Assembly (NCBI GenBank): GCA_001464815.1
Contig: LNDW01000023.1
Span: forward strand, 15,529 to 79,528
DNA length: 64,000 nucleotides
Origin: Betaproteobacteria bacterium Ga0077527
Lineage (GTDB): Bacteria; Pseudomonadota; Gammaproteobacteria; Burkholderiales; SG8-41
Direction: 5' to 3'
Each line of letters begins with the position of its first letter. Position 1 is the stretch's first letter. A program made the position numbers and the translations under genes. The notes beneath the pieces are model-generated. The model was given only the letters and a program-made list of their open reading frames with translations. It searched no databases and had not been told where the DNA came from. Positions 10,005 through 21,038 of the stretch are shown here, one piece after another.

Positions 10005-11268
10005 ATACGAGATTGCCGCTGACCAGTGTGTGGGACACACGGCCGCGCAGCTCGTAGCCGGAGAAGGGCGTGTTCTTGCCCAGGCTGTGTAATGCCGACG
10101 GTTCGACGCGCCAGTCGGCTGCGGGATCGAAGATGCAGGCGTCGGCGGTGGCGCCAACACCAAGGTGTCCGGCGTCGATGCCGAGGATCGCCGCCGGTTT
10201 TGCCGTGATGTGGGCGATGGCGGCGGCGAGCGGCAGTTTTGATTCGGTGGCCCACTTCAGTGCCAGCGGCAGCAGCAGTTCAACGCCGGTGGCGCCGGAT
10301 TCGGCTTCCGAAAAAGGCAGTTGTTTGGCGTCTTCATCCACCGGCGTGTGGTCGGAGCACAACGCATCGATGGTGCCGTCGGAGAGGCCGGCGCGCAGTG
10401 CATCGCGGTCCCGCTGGCTGCGCAGCGGCGGCGTCAGGTTGCAGTTCGGATCGAAGTAGCCGATGTCCATCTCCGAGAGATGGGCGTGATGGATGCCGAT
10501 GTCGCAGGTCACCGCGATGCCGCGTGATTTTGCCTCGCGCACCATCGCCACGCCCTCCGCGGAGGACAGCCTTGCGATATGGATGCGCGCGCCGGTCTGG
10601 CGCGCCACCAGCAGGATCGTTGAAAGTGCCACGGTTTCGGCGATCACCGGAATCGCCGGCAGGCCGAGGCGGGTGGCGACCTCGCCTTCGTGGGCCACAC
10701 CGTGACGCGACAGCGCCGGGTCCTGTGCGCGCAGCCATACCGGAAAACCGAAGGTCGCCGCGTACTGCAGCGCATGCAGCAGCACCTGGCTGTCGGCAAA
10801 CGGCGCGTCGGCCTGCGAGAAGGCCACGCAGCCGGCATCACGCAACTCGGCCATCTCGGTCAGGTTCTTGCCCTTGAGGCCTGTGGTCAGCGCACCCACC
10901 GGATAGAGGTGCGCCTGGTTCAGGTTTTTCGCGCTGAACTTGAGCATTTCCACCAGTCCCGGCTCGTCGAGCGGCGGATCGGTGTCGGGCGGGCAGGCGA
11001 GGCTGGTCACTCCGCCGGCAATAGCGGCCTTCATTTCGGTTTCCAGCGTCGCCAGATATTCGAAGCCCGGCTCGCGCAGCCGCACTGCGAGGTCGACCAG
11101 GCCCGGGCACACCACCTTGCCGGTGGCATCGATTACCCGGTTCGCGCTGAAGCCCGCCGGCGCGTCGCCGATGGCAACGACCTTGCCTGCGGCAATGAAC
11201 ACATCGCGCTGGGTGTCGACGCCGTGTTTGGGGTCGATCAGGCGGCCGGATTTGATATGAATCTTCAT
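9991..11268 (-). CDS. pyrC': Dihydroorotase-like protein, probably non-catalytic PyrC' subunit of ATCase
   Basis: 425-aa amidohydrolase-fold ORF directly downstream of pyrB. The expected zinc-binding HxH motif reads GLVDLAVRLREPG (His residues absent), as in Pseudomonas-type inactive PyrC'. Confidence 0.85.
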   Translation of the reverse strand: MKIHIKSGRLIDPKHGVDTQRDVFIAAGKVVAIGDAPAGFSANRVIDATGKVVCPGLVDLAVRLREPGFEYLATLETEMKAAIAGGVTSLACPPDTDPPLDEPGLVEMLKFSAKNLNQAHLYPVGALTTGLKGKNLTEMAELRDAGCVAFSQADAPFADSQVLLHALQYAATFGFPVWLRAQDPALSRHGVAHEGEVATRLGLPAIPVIAETVALSTILLVARQTGARIHIARLSSAEGVAMVREAKSRGIAVTCDIGIHHAHLSEMDIGYFDPNCNLTPPLRSQRDRDALRAGLSDGTIDALCSDHTPVDEDAKQLPFSEAESGATGVELLLPLALKWATESKLPLAAAIAHITAKPAAILGIDAGHLGVGATADACIFDPAADWRVEPSALHSLGKNTPFSGYELRGRVSHTLVSGNLVFERK

Positions 11269-11272
11269 CGGC

Positions 11273-12232
11273 TCAGTTCCCCGCCAGTATGCTCATCACG
11301 GCCATGCGGACCGCGATGCCGAAGGTGACCTGGGGCAGAATCACCGACTGCTTGCCGTCGGCGACACTGGAGTCGATCTCGACGCCGCGGTTCATCGGGC
11401 CGGGGTGGAGCACGATGGCATCGGCTTTGGCGAGCGCCAGCTTGTCTTCGGTGAGGCCGTAGTATTTGTAGAACTCCTGCGCCGAGGGCAGCAGGGCGCC
11501 GTTCATGCGTTCGTTCTGCAGGCGAAGCATCATCACCACGTCGACATCCTTGAGCCCCTCGCGCATGTCGCCGTAGACCTGCACGCCGAGGCGGCCGACA
11601 TCCGCCGGCAGCAGCGTCTTCGGGCCGATGACGCGGATTTCAGGGCAACCGAGTGTGGTCAGCGCATGGATCTGCGAGCGTGCCACCCGCGAGTGCAGGA
11701 TGTCGCCGACGATCGCCACGCGCAGTTTGGTGAAGTCGCCCTTGTAGTGGCGGATGGTGTACATGTCGAGCAGGCCCTGCGTCGGGTGCGAGTGCCGCCC
11801 GTCGCCGGCGTTGATGACATGGATGTCGGGCGCGACGTGTTTGGCGATCAGGTACGGCGCGCCGCTGGCGGCGTGGCGCACGATGAACATGTCGGCCTGC
11901 ATTGCCGCCAGGTTGGCCACGGTATCGAGCACGGTCTCGCCCTTGCTCTGCGAGGACACATTGATCGCGAGATTGATGACGTCGGCGGAGAGCCGCTTGG
12001 CGGCGATCTCGAAGGTGGTGCGGGTGCGCGTCGAAGCTTCGAAAAACAGGTTGAACACCGCCTTGCCGCGCAGCAGCGGCACCTTCTTCACCTCACGCTG
12101 GGTGACACCGACGAAAGACTCCGCGGTATCGAGGATCTGGCGCAACACCCCGGCCGGCAGGCCTTCCAGAGAAAGCAGGTGGTGCAGCTCGCCGTTTTTG
12201 TTGAGCTGCGGGTTGGCAGGATCAAGCCACAT
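11273..12232 (-). CDS. pyrB: Aspartate carbamoyltransferase catalytic subunit
   Basis: STRTR and HPTQ motifs. The start is trimmed to the Met at 12232 ([11 protein letters not shown]); the longer ORF to 12331 would run deep into pyrR. Confidence 0.9.
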   Translation of the reverse strand: MWLDPANPQLNKNGELHHLLSLEGLPAGVLRQILDTAESFVGVTQREVKKVPLLRGKAVFNLFFEASTRTRTTFEIAAKRLSADVINLAINVSSQSKGETVLDTVANLAAMQADMFIVRHAASGAPYLIAKHVAPDIHVINAGDGRHSHPTQGLLDMYTIRHYKGDFTKLRVAIVGDILHSRVARSQIHALTTLGCPEIRVIGPKTLLPADVGRLGVQVYGDMREGLKDVDVVMMLRLQNERMNGALLPSAQEFYKYYGLTEDKLALAKADAIVLHPGPMNRGVEIDSSVADGKQSVILPQVTFGIAVRMAVMSILAGN

Positions 12233-12740
12233 GCGCGTTTCCGTGTGTAAGTTCGAGCCCCAGCCTTCCCGCGGCATCACGATGCAGCTCGATGCTGCCG
12301 CCTTCAGCGATGACCACTTCGGCGCCGACAAAATCGGCGGCGATCGGCAGCTCGCGGCCGCCGCGGTCGACCAGCGCCGCCAGCCGGATGCGCTCCGGGC
12401 GGCCGTAATCGAACAGTTCGTTCATCGCGGCGCGGATGGTGCGTCCGGTGTAGAGCACGTCATCGACGATGATCACGTCGCAACCGTCGATGTCGAAGGG
12501 AATGTCGGAACTCTTGACGTTGCGGCGCAGGCCCTTGCGGCTGAAGTCGTCGCGGTAAAAGGAAACGTCGAGGGTGCCGAGCGGCAGTTTCAGGCCCAGC
12601 GCGGCATGCAGGCGCTCGGCGAGCCATACGCCGCCGGTATAAATGCCAACCAGCCCGGTGGCGGGCCCGACTGCGGGCCGCATCCGGTCGGTCAGTGACG
12701 CGAGCAGGGACTCGGCGTCGGGGAGCGGGTTAACCGGCAT
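12222..12740 (-). CDS. pyrR: PyrR bifunctional regulator / uracil phosphoribosyltransferase
   Basis: 172 aa with the PRTase motif [13 protein letters not shown], in pyrR-pyrB-pyrC' order. Confidence 0.9.
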   Translation of the reverse strand: MPVNPLPDAESLLASLTDRMRPAVGPATGLVGIYTGGVWLAERLHAALGLKLPLGTLDVSFYRDDFSRKGLRRNVKSSDIPFDIDGCDVIIVDDVLYTGRTIRAAMNELFDYGRPERIRLAALVDRGGRELPIAADFVGAEVVIAEGGSIELHRDAAGRLGLELTHGNAHVA

Positions 12741-12834
12741 GACAGTGGCTCATGTGCGGGCCGAAGCCTAACACAATCACCCCGCGGATTCATCACGTAA
12801 TAAGCAGCGCGCAATCAGTGTCGCGGCGGGGGTT

Positions 12835-13269
12835 TCAGGGCGCTGGGGTGGTGAACCAGGTGCGCAGGATTTCGGTGGCGGCGGCCGAGTCGAGCCGGCT
12901 GTCGCGCTGGCCGCCGCTGAGTCCGGCCTCGCGCAGCGCCGACTCGGCGGCTTGCGAGGTCAGCCGTTCGTCGACATAGGCCACCGGCAGGTTGAAACGT
13001 CCGTGCAGGCGCTGGCCGAAACGGCGTGCAAGCCGCCCGGTCTCGTGCGGCGCGCCATCGGCATGGCTGGCCACACCGACCAACAGCAGCACCGGTTTCC
13101 ACTCGGAGATCAGGGCGGAAATCGCGGCAAAACGGCGGTCATTGTCCTCGGCGGCGATCACGGCCAGGGCGTGCGGGATGCCGAGTTCGATTTCGCCGAC
13201 CGCGACCCCGACACGTTTTTCGCCGAAATCGAAGGCCAGCACCGCGCCTTTTGCTGCTTGCGCGTTCAC
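12835..13269 (-). CDS. ruvX: Holliday-junction resolvase-like protein RuvX (YqgF)
   Basis: 144 aa with the [16 protein letters not shown]-terminal motif. Confidence 0.9.
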   Translation of the reverse strand: MNAQAAKGAVLAFDFGEKRVGVAVGEIELGIPHALAVIAAEDNDRRFAAISALISEWKPVLLLVGVASHADGAPHETGRLARRFGQRLHGRFNLPVAYVDERLTSQAAESALREAGLSGGQRDSRLDSAAATEILRTWFTTPAP

Positions 13270-13823
13270 GCGTGGCCGGCGACGTCCGACAGGTTGGCGT
13301 AGTCGATGCCGAGCAGTTGCATCGCCGCCGGCAGGCGTTCTTCGGCCGGCATGTCGAAGAGGATGCCTGGCTGCGCCGGCACTGTGAGCCAGGCATTTTG
13401 CGCCAGTTCGTGCTCAAGCTGGCCCGGAGCCCAGCCGGCGTAGCCGAGCGTGACCAGGATATGTTCGGGGCCGGAGCCGCGGGCCACCGCTTCCAGAATA
13501 TCCTTGGAGGTGGTGAGGCCCATGTCACCGCTGACTCCCAGTGTCGACTGCCACTGGCCCACCGGCCGGTGCAGCACGAAGCCGCGGTCAACCTGCACCG
13601 GTCCGCCGAAATGCACCGGCACCGACCTGAAATTGCCGTCGGCGCTGATTTTCACCTGCTCAAGCAGGCTGTGCAGATTGAGGTCGATCGGGCGGTTGAC
13701 CACGATGCCGAGCGCACCGTTTTCGTTGTGTTCGCAGACCAGCGTCAGTGTGCGTGAAAAATGCGGATCAACCATGGCCGGCATGGCGATCAGGAAGTGC
13801 TGGGTCAGGTCAACGCTGGTCAT
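13266..13823 (-). CDS. YqgE/AlgH family protein (UPF0301)
   Basis: 185 aa with [17 protein letters not shown] and GIVVNRP motifs; 4-nt overlap with ruvX. Confidence 0.88.
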   Translation of the reverse strand: MTSVDLTQHFLIAMPAMVDPHFSRTLTLVCEHNENGALGIVVNRPIDLNLHSLLEQVKISADGNFRSVPVHFGGPVQVDRGFVLHRPVGQWQSTLGVSGDMGLTTSKDILEAVARGSGPEHILVTLGYAGWAPGQLEHELAQNAWLTVPAQPGILFDMPAEERLPAAMQLLGIDYANLSDVAGHA

Positions 13824-13975
13824 GGTTGGTCATTGAAAATGTGGTGATCATTGTAAGGCCGGGTGACAGGCGCCACAATTGATGCAGCCTGTTAATGTGA
13901 TCCGCGCTGATTTCCCTTGATGTCTTTTGCCGCTTTTACTTCAGACCCGCGAAACCGCGCCGGGTTCAGGACGAT

Positions 13976-15418
13976 GTGATGAGCCGTTTTGATGCCGCGC
14001 TGATGTGGTTCCGCCGCGACCTGCGCCGTGATGACAATGCCGCCCTGTATGCCGCGCTGAAGGCGTCGCGCCGCGTCTTCTGCGTGTTTGTCTATGATCG
14101 CGAAATCCTCGACGCGCTGCCCTCGCGCAGCGACCGCCGGGTCGAGTTCATCGAGCAGTCGGTCACCGAACTGGCCGGCTTGCTTGAAGCCGATGGCGGG
14201 CGGCTGGTCACGCTGCACGGTGTTGCGAAAGAAGAGATTCCGCGCCTTGCGCAACAACTCGGTGTTCAGGCCGTGTTCGCCAACCGTGATTATGAGCCGC
14301 AGGCCGTCGCGCGTGATGCCGCGGTTGCCGCCGCGCTGAAAGCGGCGGGCATCGAGTTCATCACCCGCAAGGACCAGGTGATTTTCGAGCAGGACGAGGT
14401 GATGACACTGGGCGGCACGCCGTTTTCGGTGTTCACGCCATACAAGAATGCCTGGCTGAAAAAACTTGAACTGTTTTACGTCAAGGCTTATCCGGTCGCG
14501 GATTACATCAAGGGCCTCGCGCCGGCGCCGGGCAAAGATCGGCACCTGAAGCTTGCCGATATCGGCTTTGAAAAAACCAACATCGGCTCGCTGGGTATCG
14601 CCGGCGGTGTTGCCGCCGCACAAAAACTGTTGACCGAATTTTCATCACGCATGGCGCGTTACCGCGACGCCCGCGACTTTCCGGCGAAAAAAGGCCCGTC
14701 CTACCTGTCGGTGCATCTGCGTTTCGGCACAATCTCTGTGCGCGAACTCGCCCGTGCGGCCTGGCCGGGCAGCGGCGGGCAGCGCAGCGAAGGTGCCGCG
14801 ACCTGGCTGTCGGAGCTGGTGTGGCGCGATTTCTATTTCATGATCCTGCACCACCATCCGCGGGTGGTGACGAAAGCCTTCAAGCCGGCTTACGACGCGA
14901 TTCGCTGGCCCAACGACAAAAAACTGTTCAGGGCATGGTGCGAGGCACGCACCGGTTATCCGATCGTCGATGCCGCGATGCGCCAGATCAACCAGACCGG
15001 CTACATGCACAACCGCCTGCGCATGATCGTCGCCTCTTTTCTGGTCAAGGATCTGCTGGTCGACTGGCGCTGGGGTGAACGTTATTTTGCCGAACACCTC
15101 AACGATTTTGATCTGGCTGCCAACAACGGGGGCTGGCAATGGGCGGCCTCCACCGGCTGCGATGCGCAGCCGTATTTCCGCATTTTCAACCCGGTGTCGC
15201 AGTCGCAGCGCTTCGATGCCGATGGCGCGTTCATCCGCCGTTACCTGCCGGAACTCAAGGATTGCGACAACAAGGCGATACACGCGCCGTGGCTGATGAC
15301 GCCGCTGGAGCAGCAGGCCGCCGGTGTCGTGATCGGCCGCGACTATCCTGCGCCGGTGGTCGAACACGCCACGGCGCGGCTGCAGGCGCTGGAGCTGTTC
15401 AAGGCGGTCAAGGGCTGA
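13976..15418 (+). CDS. phrB: Deoxyribodipyrimidine photolyase
   Basis: 480 aa with a photolyase N-terminal domain and FAD-binding domain (WRDFY, NNGGWQW, PYFRIFNP). Confidence 0.93.
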   Translation: MMSRFDAALMWFRRDLRRDDNAALYAALKASRRVFCVFVYDREILDALPSRSDRRVEFIEQSVTELAGLLEADGGRLVTLHGVAKEEIPRLAQQLGVQAVFANRDYEPQAVARDAAVAAALKAAGIEFITRKDQVIFEQDEVMTLGGTPFSVFTPYKNAWLKKLELFYVKAYPVADYIKGLAPAPGKDRHLKLADIGFEKTNIGSLGIAGGVAAAQKLLTEFSSRMARYRDARDFPAKKGPSYLSVHLRFGTISVRELARAAWPGSGGQRSEGAATWLSELVWRDFYFMILHHHPRVVTKAFKPAYDAIRWPNDKKLFRAWCEARTGYPIVDAAMRQINQTGYMHNRLRMIVASFLVKDLLVDWRWGERYFAEHLNDFDLAANNGGWQWAASTGCDAQPYFRIFNPVSQSQRFDADGAFIRRYLPELKDCDNKAIHAPWLMTPLEQQAAGVVIGRDYPAPVVEHATARLQALELFKAVKG

Positions 15419-15448
15419 GCAGGGTGCGCCTGCCGGTCCCCGTTTGGC

Positions 15449-16906
15449 TTACTTGCGCCAGAACACCGGCGTGAACACCACCAGCACGGTGAAAAGTTCG
15501 AGGCGACCGAGCAGCATGGCGAAGGTGCAGACCCAGGTCTGGAAGTCATCAAGCACCGCATAGGTGGTCGCCGGACCGACTTCGTTCAGTCCCGGCCCCA
15601 TGTTGTTGAGGCTTGCCACCACGGCACTGAAAGCGGTCAGCACGTCGAGTCCCGAAGCCGTCATCACCAGTGTCAGCACCACGATGCTGGCGATGTAGAT
15701 GAACAGGAAGGCGAGCACCGCAAAAATCACCTTGTTGTCGATGACGTGGCCGGAAAGCTTGGCTGGCATCACTGCTGTGGGGTGCAGCAATTTGACGAAT
15801 TCCCGGTAGACCTGGACGTAGAGCAAACGCGCGCGGATCATCTTTATGCCGCCGCCAGTGGAGCCGGAGCAGGAGGCGAAGCTGCACAGGAACAACATCC
15901 ACAGCGGCGCGAAGATCGGCCATTCGTTGAAGTCGGTGCTGGCGTAGCCGGTGGTGGTGGCAATCGAAATCACGTTGAAGCTGGCGTAGCGCAAGGCGGT
16001 CAGGAAATCCGAATAAGTATCCTTGAATACCAGAAAGGCGGCGATCAGCAGGCAGCTGGCCAGCATCACACCAAGACACCAGATGATTTCCGGATCGCCG
16101 CGGTAGGGCTGCAGGCTGCGGTTGCGCAATGCGAGAAAGTGGGTGCCGAAGTTGATGCTGGCGATCAGCATGAACAGGATCGCCACGGATTCGATCAGCG
16201 GTGAGTTCCAGTGCGCGAAGCTGGCGTCGTGGCTGGAAAAGCCGCCCAGGCCCATGGTCGAGAACATGTGCACGACCGCATCGAACCAGCTCATGCCGGC
16301 GCCGCGGTAGGCGAGTACACAAGCCAGCGAAATCAGCGCGTAGACCACCCACAGGCCCTTTGCCGTTTCGGTGATGCGTGGTGTCAGTTTCTCGTCCTTC
16401 ATCGGCCCCGGGGTTTCGGCCTTGAAAATCTGCCGGCCCCCGACGCCGAGTAACGGCAGAATTGCCACTGCAAGCACGATCAGGCCCATGCCGCCGAGCC
16501 ATACCAGCAGGCAGCGCCAGAAGTTGATCGATGGTTCCAGTGTGTCGAGCCCGGAGAGCACCGTGGCGCCGGTGGTGGTAAGCCCCGACATGGTTTCGAA
16601 ATAGGCGTCGGTGAAACTCAGCCCCGGTATCACCATCAGCAGCGGCAGCGTGGCGAAGGCGGCGCCGCCGCACCAGGCGAGCACGACAAGCAGGATGCCG
16701 TCGCGCGAGGTCAGCTCGTCCTTGCGCTTGCGGGTGGAAATCCACATTGCGAAGCCGGCGGCAAAATTCACCGCCATCGAGATTGCGAAGGCCTGGATTG
16801 CCCCGTCGTTGTAATAGAACGACACAGCAATCGGCAGCAGATGCGACAGGCTCATCACCATCGCGATCAGCCCGAGCAGGGGCGCGACGGTCAGCAGCGC
16901 GCTCAC
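15449..16906 (-). CDS. trkH: Trk potassium uptake protein TrkH
   Basis: 485-aa polytopic membrane protein with the TrkH family repeat pattern (TTTG, GLGGFS, STGGG). Confidence 0.93.
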   Translation of the reverse strand: MSALLTVAPLLGLIAMVMSLSHLLPIAVSFYYNDGAIQAFAISMAVNFAAGFAMWISTRKRKDELTSRDGILLVVLAWCGGAAFATLPLLMVIPGLSFTDAYFETMSGLTTTGATVLSGLDTLEPSINFWRCLLVWLGGMGLIVLAVAILPLLGVGGRQIFKAETPGPMKDEKLTPRITETAKGLWVVYALISLACVLAYRGAGMSWFDAVVHMFSTMGLGGFSSHDASFAHWNSPLIESVAILFMLIASINFGTHFLALRNRSLQPYRGDPEIIWCLGVMLASCLLIAAFLVFKDTYSDFLTALRYASFNVISIATTTGYASTDFNEWPIFAPLWMLFLCSFASCSGSTGGGIKMIRARLLYVQVYREFVKLLHPTAVMPAKLSGHVIDNKVIFAVLAFLFIYIASIVVLTLVMTASGLDVLTAFSAVVASLNNMGPGLNEVGPATTYAVLDDFQTWVCTFAMLLGRLELFTVLVVFTPVFWRK

Positions 16907-18312
16907 AGGAAGCCGACGCCCACCTGGAACAGCTTCTCGACCTTGGGCATCATCTTCTTGTTGATCACGAACACGATGACATGGTCGTCAGGCTCGATCA
17001 CGAGGTCGTGGTGGGCGATAAGCACTTCGTGCTCGTTGCGCTTTTTGTCGGCCTCCCCGCGTTCCCGGGTACGCACGACCGCGCCGATGGTTGCACCCTT
17101 GGGCAGATCGATTTCCTCGATGCGCCGGCCCACCACCTTCGACGATTTCGGGTCGCCATGGGCGACCAGTTCCAGCGCCTCGGCGGCGCCTCGGCGCAGG
17201 CTGTGCACCGCGACGCAGTCGCCCTGTCGCACGTGGGCGAGCAGGGTGCCGATGGTGGTCTGCGCCGGAGAGATCGCGATGTCGATCTGGCCGGCCTGCA
17301 CCAGGTTGACGTAGGAGCTGCGGTTGATCAGGGCCACCACGCGGCGCGCGCCCATGCGCTTGGCGAGCAGCGAGGACATGATGTTGTTCTCGTCATCGTT
17401 GGTCAGCGCGCAATAGATGTCCATGTCACCGATGTTCTCGGTCTGCAGCAGTTCCTCGTCGGTGACGTCACCGACCAGCACCAGTGTCCTGCCGAGGTCG
17501 GCGGCGAGTGCTTCGGCGCTTTTGCGGTTGTACTCGATCAGCTTGACTTCGTATTTTTCCTCGAGGGCCGCAGCCAGGCGTCGGCCGATGTTGCCGCCGC
17601 CGCCGATCATCACCCGCTTCACCGGCTTGTCCATGCGCCGCAGCTCGCGCATCACGCCGCGTATGTGTTCCGTGGCTGCGACGAAGAACACTTCATCACC
17701 CGCTTCGATCACGGTCGTGGCGTCGGGAATGATCGGGCTGTCCTGGCGGAAGATCGCCGCGACCCGAGTGTCGAGATTTGGTAGATGCTTGCGAATGGTC
17801 TGCAGTTCCTGTCCGACCAGCGGTCCGCCGTGGAAGGCGCGTACACCGACGAGGCTGACACGGCCGTCCGCAAATTCCAGCACCTGCAGTGATTCCGGAA
17901 ATTCGATCAGCTTGGCGATGTAGTCGGTAAGAATCTGCTCGGGGCAGATCACCGTGTCCACGGCGAAGTTTTCCGCGGTGAACATTTCCGGGTGCGACAG
18001 GTAATCAGCGGCACGGATGCGCGCGATTTTGGTCGGCACATTGAACATCGTCGCCGCCAGCTTGCAGGCGACGAGGTTGGTTTCGTCGCTCTGGGTCACC
18101 GCGAGGATCAGGTCGGCGTCGCGCGCGCCGGCGCGGGCGAGGATTTCTGGATGTCCGGCGTTGCCGACCACGGTGCGCAGGTCGAGACGGTCCTGCAGTT
18201 TGCGCAGCCGTGCAGGGTCGGTATCGACGACGGTGATGTCGTTGGCTTCAGAGACCAGATTTTCGGCGACCGAGCTGCCGACGCGGCCGGCGCCGAGTAT
18301 GACGATGCGCAA
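16903..18312 (-). CDS. trkA: Trk system NAD-binding protein TrkA
   Basis: Two Rossmann/RCK repeats (ILGAGRVGSS, MIGGGGNIGRR). The start is set at the TTG at 18312, preceded by GGGAGA; the 44-codon upstream extension looks non-coding. Confidence 0.88.
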   Translation of the reverse strand: MRIVILGAGRVGSSVAENLVSEANDITVVDTDPARLRKLQDRLDLRTVVGNAGHPEILARAGARDADLILAVTQSDETNLVACKLAATMFNVPTKIARIRAADYLSHPEMFTAENFAVDTVICPEQILTDYIAKLIEFPESLQVLEFADGRVSLVGVRAFHGGPLVGQELQTIRKHLPNLDTRVAAIFRQDSPIIPDATTVIEAGDEVFFVAATEHIRGVMRELRRMDKPVKRVMIGGGGNIGRRLAAALEEKYEVKLIEYNRKSAEALAADLGRTLVLVGDVTDEELLQTENIGDMDIYCALTNDDENNIMSSLLAKRMGARRVVALINRSSYVNLVQAGQIDIAISPAQTTIGTLLAHVRQGDCVAVHSLRRGAAEALELVAHGDPKSSKVVGRRIEEIDLPKGATIGAVVRTRERGEADKKRNEHEVLIAHHDLVIEPDDHVIVFVINKKMMPKVEKLFQVGVGFL

Positions 18313-18491
18313 AACAGTTTCTCCCTGGGGGTTGCGCGGCGGTTGCGGCCCTGTCTTGTCCTTGTTGCGTGCCGATAGTGTTCCGAAGCCGGCGCGGGCA
18401 CAGCGCCGGGCGGCGGCATTGTAACCCGCAAGCTGCGTCTGCAAGGGGGTGCTGTGGCATAATCACCACTCTGCCGGATGATGCTAAGCCT

Positions 18492-19217
18492 TTGAACAGA
18501 ATATACTTTTCGGACCAGATCCCGGCGCATGGCCGGTGCCGGCTACCGGCGGCGAAAGCCCACCACATTGCCCATGTGCTGCGCCTCGCGGCAGGTGACG
18601 CAGTGGTGCTGTTTGATGGCCGCGGCGCGGCCTGGGACGCGGTGATCACGACCATGACCCGCGGCGAAGTCGAGGTGCAGATCGGCGCGGCGCGCGACGA
18701 GAATCGCGAATCACCGTTGCCGGTGACGCTGGCCCAGGCGGTGTCCAGCGGCGAGCGCATGGACTACACCATCCAGAAAGCGGTCGAGTTGGGTGTCAGT
18801 GCCATTCAACCGCTGATGGCGGAGCGCTGCGTGGTGCGGCTGTCGGGTGAACGCGCGGCGAAGCGCGTCGCGCACTGGCAGGCGGTGGTAAACAGCGCCT
18901 GTGAGCAATGCGGTCGCAACACCGTGCCCGAAGTGCGCCCCCTGCTCGGATTGCGCGAATGGCTGGATGCCGCGGCGGCTCAGCCGGGCCTGCGCCTGCT
19001 GCTGGCGCCGCAGGCGACACTGCGCCTGCTTGAACTGGAGCGCCCGGCGGTAGTGACCATGCTTGCCGGTCCTGAAGGCGGTTTTGCCGAAGGTGAAATC
19101 GCTGACGTACTGCGCGCCGGTTTTCAGGCGTTGCGCCTCGGGCCACGCGTGCTGCGCACCGAAACCGCGGCGGTTGCGCTGCTGGCGGCAATGCAGGCGC
19201 AGTGGGGCGATTTCTGA
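18492..19217 (+). CDS. rsmE: 16S rRNA (uracil1498-N3)-methyltransferase RsmE
   Basis: RsmE-family similarity (PUA-like N-terminus, GPEGGF motif). The start is set at the TTG at 18492 (LNRIYF...) to give about 241 aa; the ATG at 18369 would add an Arg-rich extension. Confidence 0.8.
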   Translation: MNRIYFSDQIPAHGRCRLPAAKAHHIAHVLRLAAGDAVVLFDGRGAAWDAVITTMTRGEVEVQIGAARDENRESPLPVTLAQAVSSGERMDYTIQKAVELGVSAIQPLMAERCVVRLSGERAAKRVAHWQAVVNSACEQCGRNTVPEVRPLLGLREWLDAAAAQPGLRLLLAPQATLRLLELERPAVVTMLAGPEGGFAEGEIADVLRAGFQALRLGPRVLRTETAAVALLAAMQAQWGDF

Positions 19218-19292
19218 AGCGTCGGCTTTCCCCCGACCGGGAAAGCGCATATCATTGATTTGATGATGTAATTTTCCTGCCTCCCGATACCG

Positions 19293-20681
19293 ATGACCAG
19301 CGAAGCCCGCGGCGACACGCCGCCAGAAATTGACAGAGAAAAACGCCGCGGCAGCCGTCCGCGGCTGTCGGCGCAGGATCGTTTCATCGACTGGTTCCAG
19401 TCAGTGGCGCCGTATATCCATGCCTTTCGCGGCAAGGTCTTTGTCATCGGCTTCGGTGGCGAGGTGGTCGATGACGGCCGTTTTTTTCACCTGACCCACG
19501 ATCTGAACCTGCTCGCCGCGCTGGGCGTGAAGCTGGTGCTGGTGCACGGCTCAAGGCCGCAGATCGAGGCCAAACTGAAGGCGCAGAAAATCCGCAGCCG
19601 CTTTTGCGGCAAGCTGCGCATCACCGACGGTCCGGCACTGGAAGCGGCGATGGAAGTTACCGGCAAGCTGCGCGTGCAGATCGAGGCGCTGCTGTCGATG
19701 GGCCTGCCCAATTCGCCGATGGCCGGGGCGCACATCCGTGTGGCCGGCGGCAACTTTGTCACCGCCAAGCCGATCGGCGTGGTCGATGGCATCGACCTGA
19801 TGCACACCGGTGAAGTGCGCAAGATCGACGCGGTGGCAATCGAGCGGCGGCTGAAGGACGACGAGCTGGTGGTGCTGCCCTCGCTCGGCTATTCGCCGAC
19901 CGGCGAAGTGTTCAACCTGGCGATGCCCGACGTTGCTGCGGCAACCGCGGTGGCGCTGAAGGCGGACAAGCTGATTTTCATGATGGATGCGGTGGGTGTG
20001 CAGGGCCGCCGCGGCGAGCTGTTGCGCGAACTGACGGTGCGCGAGGCGGGCAATCTGCTGGCGCGCGGCCGGGTGCCGCAATCGGATGAGGTTGCCAGCT
20101 ACCTGCCGGCGGCGGTGCGCGCCTGCGAGCAGGGTGTCGGCCGCACCCACCTGATTTCCGGTCATCTCGATGACAGCCTGCTGCTTGAGCTGTTCACCCA
20201 CAAAGGGGTGGGCACGCTGGTCACGCCGGATCCGCTGGAGACCCTGCGCCATGCGCGCATCGAGGACATCGGCGGCATTCTCGGCCTGCTCGAACCGCTG
20301 GAAAACGAGGGCATCCTGGTCAAGCGCAACCGCGACCTTCTGGAAATGGAGATTGACCGCTTCTGGGTGCTCGAACACGACCGGGTGATCACCGGTTGCG
20401 CGGCGCTGTATCCCTTTGCCGACGAGCGCTCGGGCGAACTGGCCGCGCTGGCGGTGCATCCGGATTTCCGCGGCCGCGGCGCCGGCGAGCGTCTGGTCGA
20501 GGCAATCGAAAAACGTGCACGGGGCCTGCGCCTGCGCCATCTGTTCGTGCTGACCACCCGCGCCGAGCACTGGTTTGTCGAACGCGGCTTCACCGAAACC
20601 GGGGTCGCCGCGCTGCCGCAAAAGAAAAAAGCCCTTTACAACTTCCAGCGCCGTTCGGTGGTGCTCACCAAGCGCTTGTGA
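19293..20681 (+). CDS. argA: Amino-acid N-acetyltransferase (N-acetylglutamate synthase)
   Basis: 462 aa: amino-acid-kinase fold followed by a C-terminal GNAT domain (RGRGAGERL). Confidence 0.9.
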   Translation: MTSEARGDTPPEIDREKRRGSRPRLSAQDRFIDWFQSVAPYIHAFRGKVFVIGFGGEVVDDGRFFHLTHDLNLLAALGVKLVLVHGSRPQIEAKLKAQKIRSRFCGKLRITDGPALEAAMEVTGKLRVQIEALLSMGLPNSPMAGAHIRVAGGNFVTAKPIGVVDGIDLMHTGEVRKIDAVAIERRLKDDELVVLPSLGYSPTGEVFNLAMPDVAAATAVALKADKLIFMMDAVGVQGRRGELLRELTVREAGNLLARGRVPQSDEVASYLPAAVRACEQGVGRTHLISGHLDDSLLLELFTHKGVGTLVTPDPLETLRHARIEDIGGILGLLEPLENEGILVKRNRDLLEMEIDRFWVLEHDRVITGCAALYPFADERSGELAALAVHPDFRGRGAGERLVEAIEKRARGLRLRHLFVLTTRAEHWFVERGFTETGVAALPQKKKALYNFQRRSVVLTKRL

Positions 20682-20741
20682 CGCGTCGCAGCGCCGCTGC
20701 AACAATTCCGCAACAATCAAGGTTTATCTTGGAGGACTGAA

Positions 20742-21014
20742 ATGGCACGCCAAGTCGTGTGTGTGAAGCTCAAACGCGAGGCCGAAGGCCTCGATTTTCC
20801 GCCCTACCCGGGCCCGCTCGGCAAACGTGTGTTTGACAGCGTTTCCAAGGAAGCGTGGAAGCAATGGCTCGAGCAGCAAAAAATGCTGGTCAACGAGAAC
20901 CGGCTGAACCTCGCCGACAAAAAAGCCCGTGATTACCTCGCTCAGCAGATGGAAAAGCATTTTTTCGGCGACGGTGCCGACCAGGCCAGCGGCTACGTGC
21001 CGCCGCAGTCCTGA
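20742..21014 (+). CDS. yggX: Fe(2+)-trafficking / oxidative damage protection protein YggX
   Basis: 90 aa, collinear with E. coli YggX ([21 protein letters not shown]). Confidence 0.9.
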   Translation: MARQVVCVKLKREAEGLDFPPYPGPLGKRVFDSVSKEAWKQWLEQQKMLVNENRLNLADKKARDYLAQQMEKHFFGDGADQASGYVPPQS

Positions 21015-21038
21015 GCACAGCCGCGGGCGATATGCGTC